Source of the DNA: the human T2T-CHM13v2.0 reference genome, Homo sapiens
Strand: one strand, 5' to 3'
Length of the DNA stretch: 64,000 nucleotides
NCBI RefSeq assembly: GCF_009914755.1
Contig: NC_060928.1
Shown here: positions 55,740 through 64,000 of the stretch, in pieces
How positions within the stretch are numbered: the stretch's first letter is position 1
Layout of the letters: each line of letters starts with the position of its first letter
Program-made: the position numbers and the translations under genes
Notes under the pieces: model-generated
What the model was told of the DNA's origin: nothing
The model's input: the letters and a program-made list of their open reading frames with translations, nothing else
The model's database searches: none

Positions 55740-55918
55740 CAAGCGGTTATCAAACTTAAGTGCACATCAGAATCACCTGGTGAGCTAATTAAAACACTGA
55801 TTGCTGGACCCACGTGTGGAGTTTCTGGTCCAGTAGTTCTGGGAAGGGCCTGAGAATGTGCATTTCTAACAAGTTCTTGGATGATGCTGATGCTGGAATT
55901 ACTCTTTGAGAACAAATG
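55740..55918. mobile_element. MER5A (hAT-Charlie)
   Basis: ggttatcaaacttaagtgcacatcagaatcacctgg...gggcctgagaatgtgcatttctaacaagttc...gatgctgatgctgg...ctttgagaacaaatg. Confidence 0.9.
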
Positions 55919-56721
55919 TGCCTCTCCTAGCAAAGGAAGCCGTGACAGAAGGTACCTGGAAAATCGGGATACTCTGACCCTAATAATGTGCTTTTCCAAT
56001 GGTCTTAGCAAACGGCACACCAGGAGATTATATCCCGTGCATGGCTCCGAGGGTCCCACACCCACAGAGCCTCACTCATTGTTAGCACAGCAGTCTGAGA
56101 TCAAACTGCAAGGCAGCAGCGAGGCTGAGGGAGGGGCATCTGCCATTGCCGAGGCTTCAGTAGGTAAACAAAGCAGCCAGGAAGCTCGAACTGGATGGAG
56201 CCCACCACAGCTCAAGGAGGCCTGCCTGTCTCTGCAGACTCCACCTCTGGGGGCAGGGCATAGCTGAACAAAAGGGAGCAGAAACTTCTGCAGACTTAAA
56301 CCTCCTTGTCTGACAGGTTTGAAGAGAGTAGTGGTTCAACCAGCATGGAGTTTGAGATCTGAGAACGGACAGACTGCCTCCTCTAGTGGGTCCCTGACCC
56401 CCAAGTAGCCTAACTGGGAGACACCTCCCAGTAGGGGCCCACTGACACCTCATACAGCTGGGTGCCCCTCTGAGACGAAGCTTCTAGAGGAAGGATCAGG
56501 CAACAACATTTGCCCTTCTGCAATATTTGCTGTTCTGCAGCCTCCGCTGGTGATACCCAGGCAAACAGGGTCTGGAGTGGACCTCCAGCAAACTCCAACA
56601 GACCTGCAGCTGAGGGTCCTGACTGTTAGAAGGAAAACTAACAAACAGAAAGCACATCCACACCAAAACCCCATCAGTACATCACCATCATCAAAGACCA
56701 AAGGTAGATAAAACCACAAAG

Positions 56722-57747
56722 ATGGGGATAAACCAGAGCAGAAAAGCTGAAAATTCTAAAAATCAGAGCACCTTTTCTCCTCCAAAGAAATGTAGCTCCT
56801 CACTAGCAACGGAACAAAGCTGGATGGAGAATGACTTTGACAAGTTGAGAGAAGAAGGCTTCAGACGATCGGTAACAACAAACTTCTCTGAGCTAAAGGA
56901 GGATGTTCAAACCCATCGCAAGGAAGCTAAAAACCTTGAAAAAAGATTAGATGAATGGCTAACTAGAATAAACGGTGTAGAGAAGTCCTTAAATGACCTA
57001 ATGGAGCTGAAAACCATGGCACGAGAAGTACGCGACACATGCACAAGCTTCAGTACCCAATTTGATCAAGTGGAAGAAAGGGTATCAGTGATTGAAGATT
57101 AAATAAATAAAATGAAGTGAGAAGAGAAGTTTAGAGAAAAAAGAGTAAAAAGAAACGAACGAAGCCTCCAAGAACTATCGGACTATGTGAAAAGACCAAA
57201 TCTATGTCTGATTGGTGTACCTGAAAGTGACAGGGAGAATGGAACCAAGTTGGAAAACACTCTGCAGGATATTATCCAGGAGAACTTCCCCAACATAGCA
57301 AGGCAGGCCAACATTCAAATTCAGGAAATACAGAGAATGCCACAAAGATACTCCTCGAGAAGAGCAACTCCAAGACACATAATTGTCAGATTCACAAAAG
57401 CTGAAAGGAAGGAAAAAAAGTTAAGGGCAGCCAGAGAGAAAGGTTGGGTTACCCACAAAGGTAAGCCCATCAGACTAACAGCGGATCTCTCAGCAGAAAC
57501 TCTACAAGCCAGAAGAGAGTGGGGGCCAATATTCAACAATCTTAAAGAAAAGAATTTTCAACCCAGAATTTCATATCCAGCCAAACTAAGCTTCATAAGT
57601 GAAGGAGAAATAAAATACTTTACAGACAAAACAATGCTGAGAGATTTTGTCACCACCAGGCCTGCCTTACAAGAGCTCCTCAAGGAAGCACTAAACATGA
57701 AAAGGAACAATCAGTACCAGCCACTGCAAAAACATGCCAAATTGTAA
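56722..57747 (+). pseudogene. L1 ORF1p, disrupted
   Basis: MGINQSRKAENSKNQS... to ...QPLQKHAKL*, with in-frame stops at 57100-57102 and 57118-57120. Confidence 0.95.
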
Positions 57748-57810
57748 AGACCATCAAGGCTAGGAAGAAACTGCATCAACTAACGAGCAAAATAACCAGC
57801 TAACATCATA

Positions 57811-61638
<3,828 letters not shown>

Positions 61639-62039
61639 ACAATGAGAACACTTGGACACAGGGTGGGGAACATCACACATTGGGGCCTGTCATGGGGTGA
61701 GGGGAGGTGGGAGGGATAGCCTTAGGAGATATACCTAATGTAAATGACGGGTGCAGCATACCAACATGGCACATGTATACATATGTAACTAACCTGCACA
61801 TTGTGCACATGTACCCCAGAACTTAAAGGATAATAATAAAAAAAAAAGTAAATAAAAGAGAACCAATGCAACAGATGATATGAATAGTGGAAATGACTTT
61901 TTTTTTTTTTTTTACCTTTCCTCAATATAGTTTGAGGACATAACAACCATTTACAGTTTAGTAAAAACAATGTGATAGGAAGCTGCCATGACAAAGAACC
62001 AATAATGACAGTAATAACAGTCATCACCACACATCAGTA

Positions 62040-62360
62040 ATAGCCATGACAGCATTTAATATTTACTGATCCTCACTGTGTAACAAGTACTATTTAAGTG
62101 CATCAGTGATCATTGTCTCTTTTAGCGCTCATGACAACCCTATTAGATGAGGATGCTGGTGAAATTATCACTACAATATAAGTTTGACTTTACCAACTGC
62201 TTACTATGAACTATACCCAGTTACCAATTTCTTTATATATGTTGTTTCATTTTACAGATAAAGAACCTAAGGCCTCTTAGAATTTCATTCCCACTGCTAA
62301 GAAGTGGAGAAATCAGGCAGTCTAATTCCAAAGTCCTTCCTCTTACCCACTTTATGTGCC
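62040..62360 (-). mobile_element. MIR (interrupted)
   Basis: atttactgatcctcactgtg...ctcatgacaaccctatt ... cattttacagataaagaacctaaggc...caggcagtctaattccaaagtcc. Confidence 0.7.
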
Positions 62361-63639
62361 ATAGTGGGGCAGCCTGCTCTTTGCTGAGCTGGCCTAATTG
62401 TTAGATTTTAGGGTATTCAGAGCAGTGATTACCCCTAAATAATACTATGGTATTTGAGAGATATCACATGTGATTTGTTACTAATAAAATACCAATTTTG
62501 CAAATGATATGCTCTATAAATTACAGTTTTGATCCCCATAATGATGTCATTCACACTCATATGAGTTCTGATAGGCTCACTAAATGGAAGAGAATGGAGT
62601 GTAATTATGCATAATGCATTTTTGCTCATAGGGCTTTAGGCCACTATCGTTTGAACATTAATATATTATGCCTAGCATTTGAACTTCTCTGTCATCTGTG
62701 GTCTTCTGATCAGGAGAAAAGCTTGCAACATTTTGGGTACTTATTCATAAATACAGTTGCCTCCCAGTTCAGTTTTCTTTAGAAATTGGCCTGTGAAGCC
62801 ATCCAATTTGTTCCCTTGAACCAGTGTCTAGAGCACTATAACCAATATTCAAGTTAGAAGAAGGGTTGAAGCCATTTTATGACAGTGTTTACCTGAGTAT
62901 AGCAAGTGTTCTGATGGAAGACAAGAAGTTTTAGACAGTATAATGATAATTCACTGAATTAATGGTTTTGGATTTCTTTGTATATGAGGACAAACATAAT
63001 AGGCATATTGAATATATGAATTCATGGATATCATTGGCTAGGACAAGGCAGATGGTGTTTGTAGAAAAAATCATTAGGCAGTGAAATGAAAATTATTTCC
63101 TTGATTCTCTTGTCTCAACCTTCCAGGGGCATAAATAGACTCTAGGTTTTGGCATAACTGCTCTCCATAGATCATTCAGGTTTGGGCTGCCTGCATCTCA
63201 GCCTTCTTTAGTGAAAATGAGACCTTTCTTGGACTAGTTCTTGCTACACCTCATTTTCCAAGTGCAAAGGCATCAATCATCTCTCTAATCAACTGTAGGT
63301 TTTTGTTTCTCAGCTGGAAGTGTCTTTCTCTTATCTAAAATGGAGCCCTGTCCCCCTCCCAGCTAAAAAGCTTCACATCATGTCACAGGCTCCTGTCATA
63401 GCATGATGCATTCTCTGTCCAAACCCAAGGGATGCTCCTGTCTTATTCCACTGTGCTTTCATTTAAAAAATAAAAATAAAGCACATTTTTAAAAAAATGC
63501 ACCACTCCTGAAACAGTGTCTTCTAAATGTAACTTAAACACAACAGGCCAGTGGTTTATTTATAAATGCTGGAAACCTTTCATAATTTGCAATTATGTGC
63601 AAAACTCCATTATATGAAACATAGAAGATGAGATGAGTG

Positions 63640-64000
63640 AGAATCTGGATGGCCAGTAAATGTTTAGACAGATATTTAATCTTATTTTGTGTTACTGAGA
63701 AAATATAACTTAAACAAAGATAGCACTTTTCATCCATCAGATGGTTAAAAACTCTTACAGTACAAGTATTGGGATGTGTGGAGAAATGGGAACACATGTG
63801 CATGCCTTGTGGCTTATAAATTAGTATAGCTATTTGGAAAAGCAATCTGGCAGCATCTAGCAAAATTAAAAATACAAATGCCTTACCACCCATTATACCT
63901 ATTGGTTTATATACATGGATATACATGTGAGAATGTCTATTACAGTATTGTTGGTAATCAGATGTTGGTAAAACATCTGATGTTTTGCTGTTACTTAAAA
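63640..64000 (+). mobile_element. Ancient L1ME-type ORF2 3' fragment
   Basis: gatgtgtggagaaatgggaacac...ctatttggaaaagcaatctggcagcatctagcaaaattaaaaat. Confidence 0.7.

Overview
Primate (almost certainly human) AT-rich, repeat-rich genomic DNA containing the 3' end of INPP4B (inositol polyphosphate 4-phosphatase type II) on the minus strand. Two alternative terminal coding exons are visible; neither appears in the supplied ORF track because both lack an ATG. The alpha exon (CDS 18301->18169, ...[43 protein letters not shown]) is followed by a 3' UTR of about 5.6 kb, with poly(A) signals at 18148-18153 and 12560-12565. An intact beta exon lies 1.2 kb upstream (CDS 19693->19519, [57 protein letters not shown]), ends in a tail-anchor-type hydrophobic helix and has a NAGNAG acceptor. 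Positions 19694-64000 are the last intron; positions 1 to about 12500 are downstream intergenic DNA. The rest is mostly transposon fossils: the 5' half of an old L1M/L1PB-type element, a near-full-length dead L1PA (55921-61857), seven Alus, a THE1 solo LTR, MER1A, MER5A, MER20, MER63, MER2, a MER21-like LTR piece, and L2/MIR/L3 fragments. Other oddities: a perfect 19-bp inverted repeat (24701-24799), a ~200-bp locally templated duplication at a TE junction (53363/55422), an inverted Alu pair, and an L1 ORF0 frame that runs into MER5A. Repeat subfamily names come from recalled consensus sequences, not from a search. I see no convincing evidence of a wholly new biological system.
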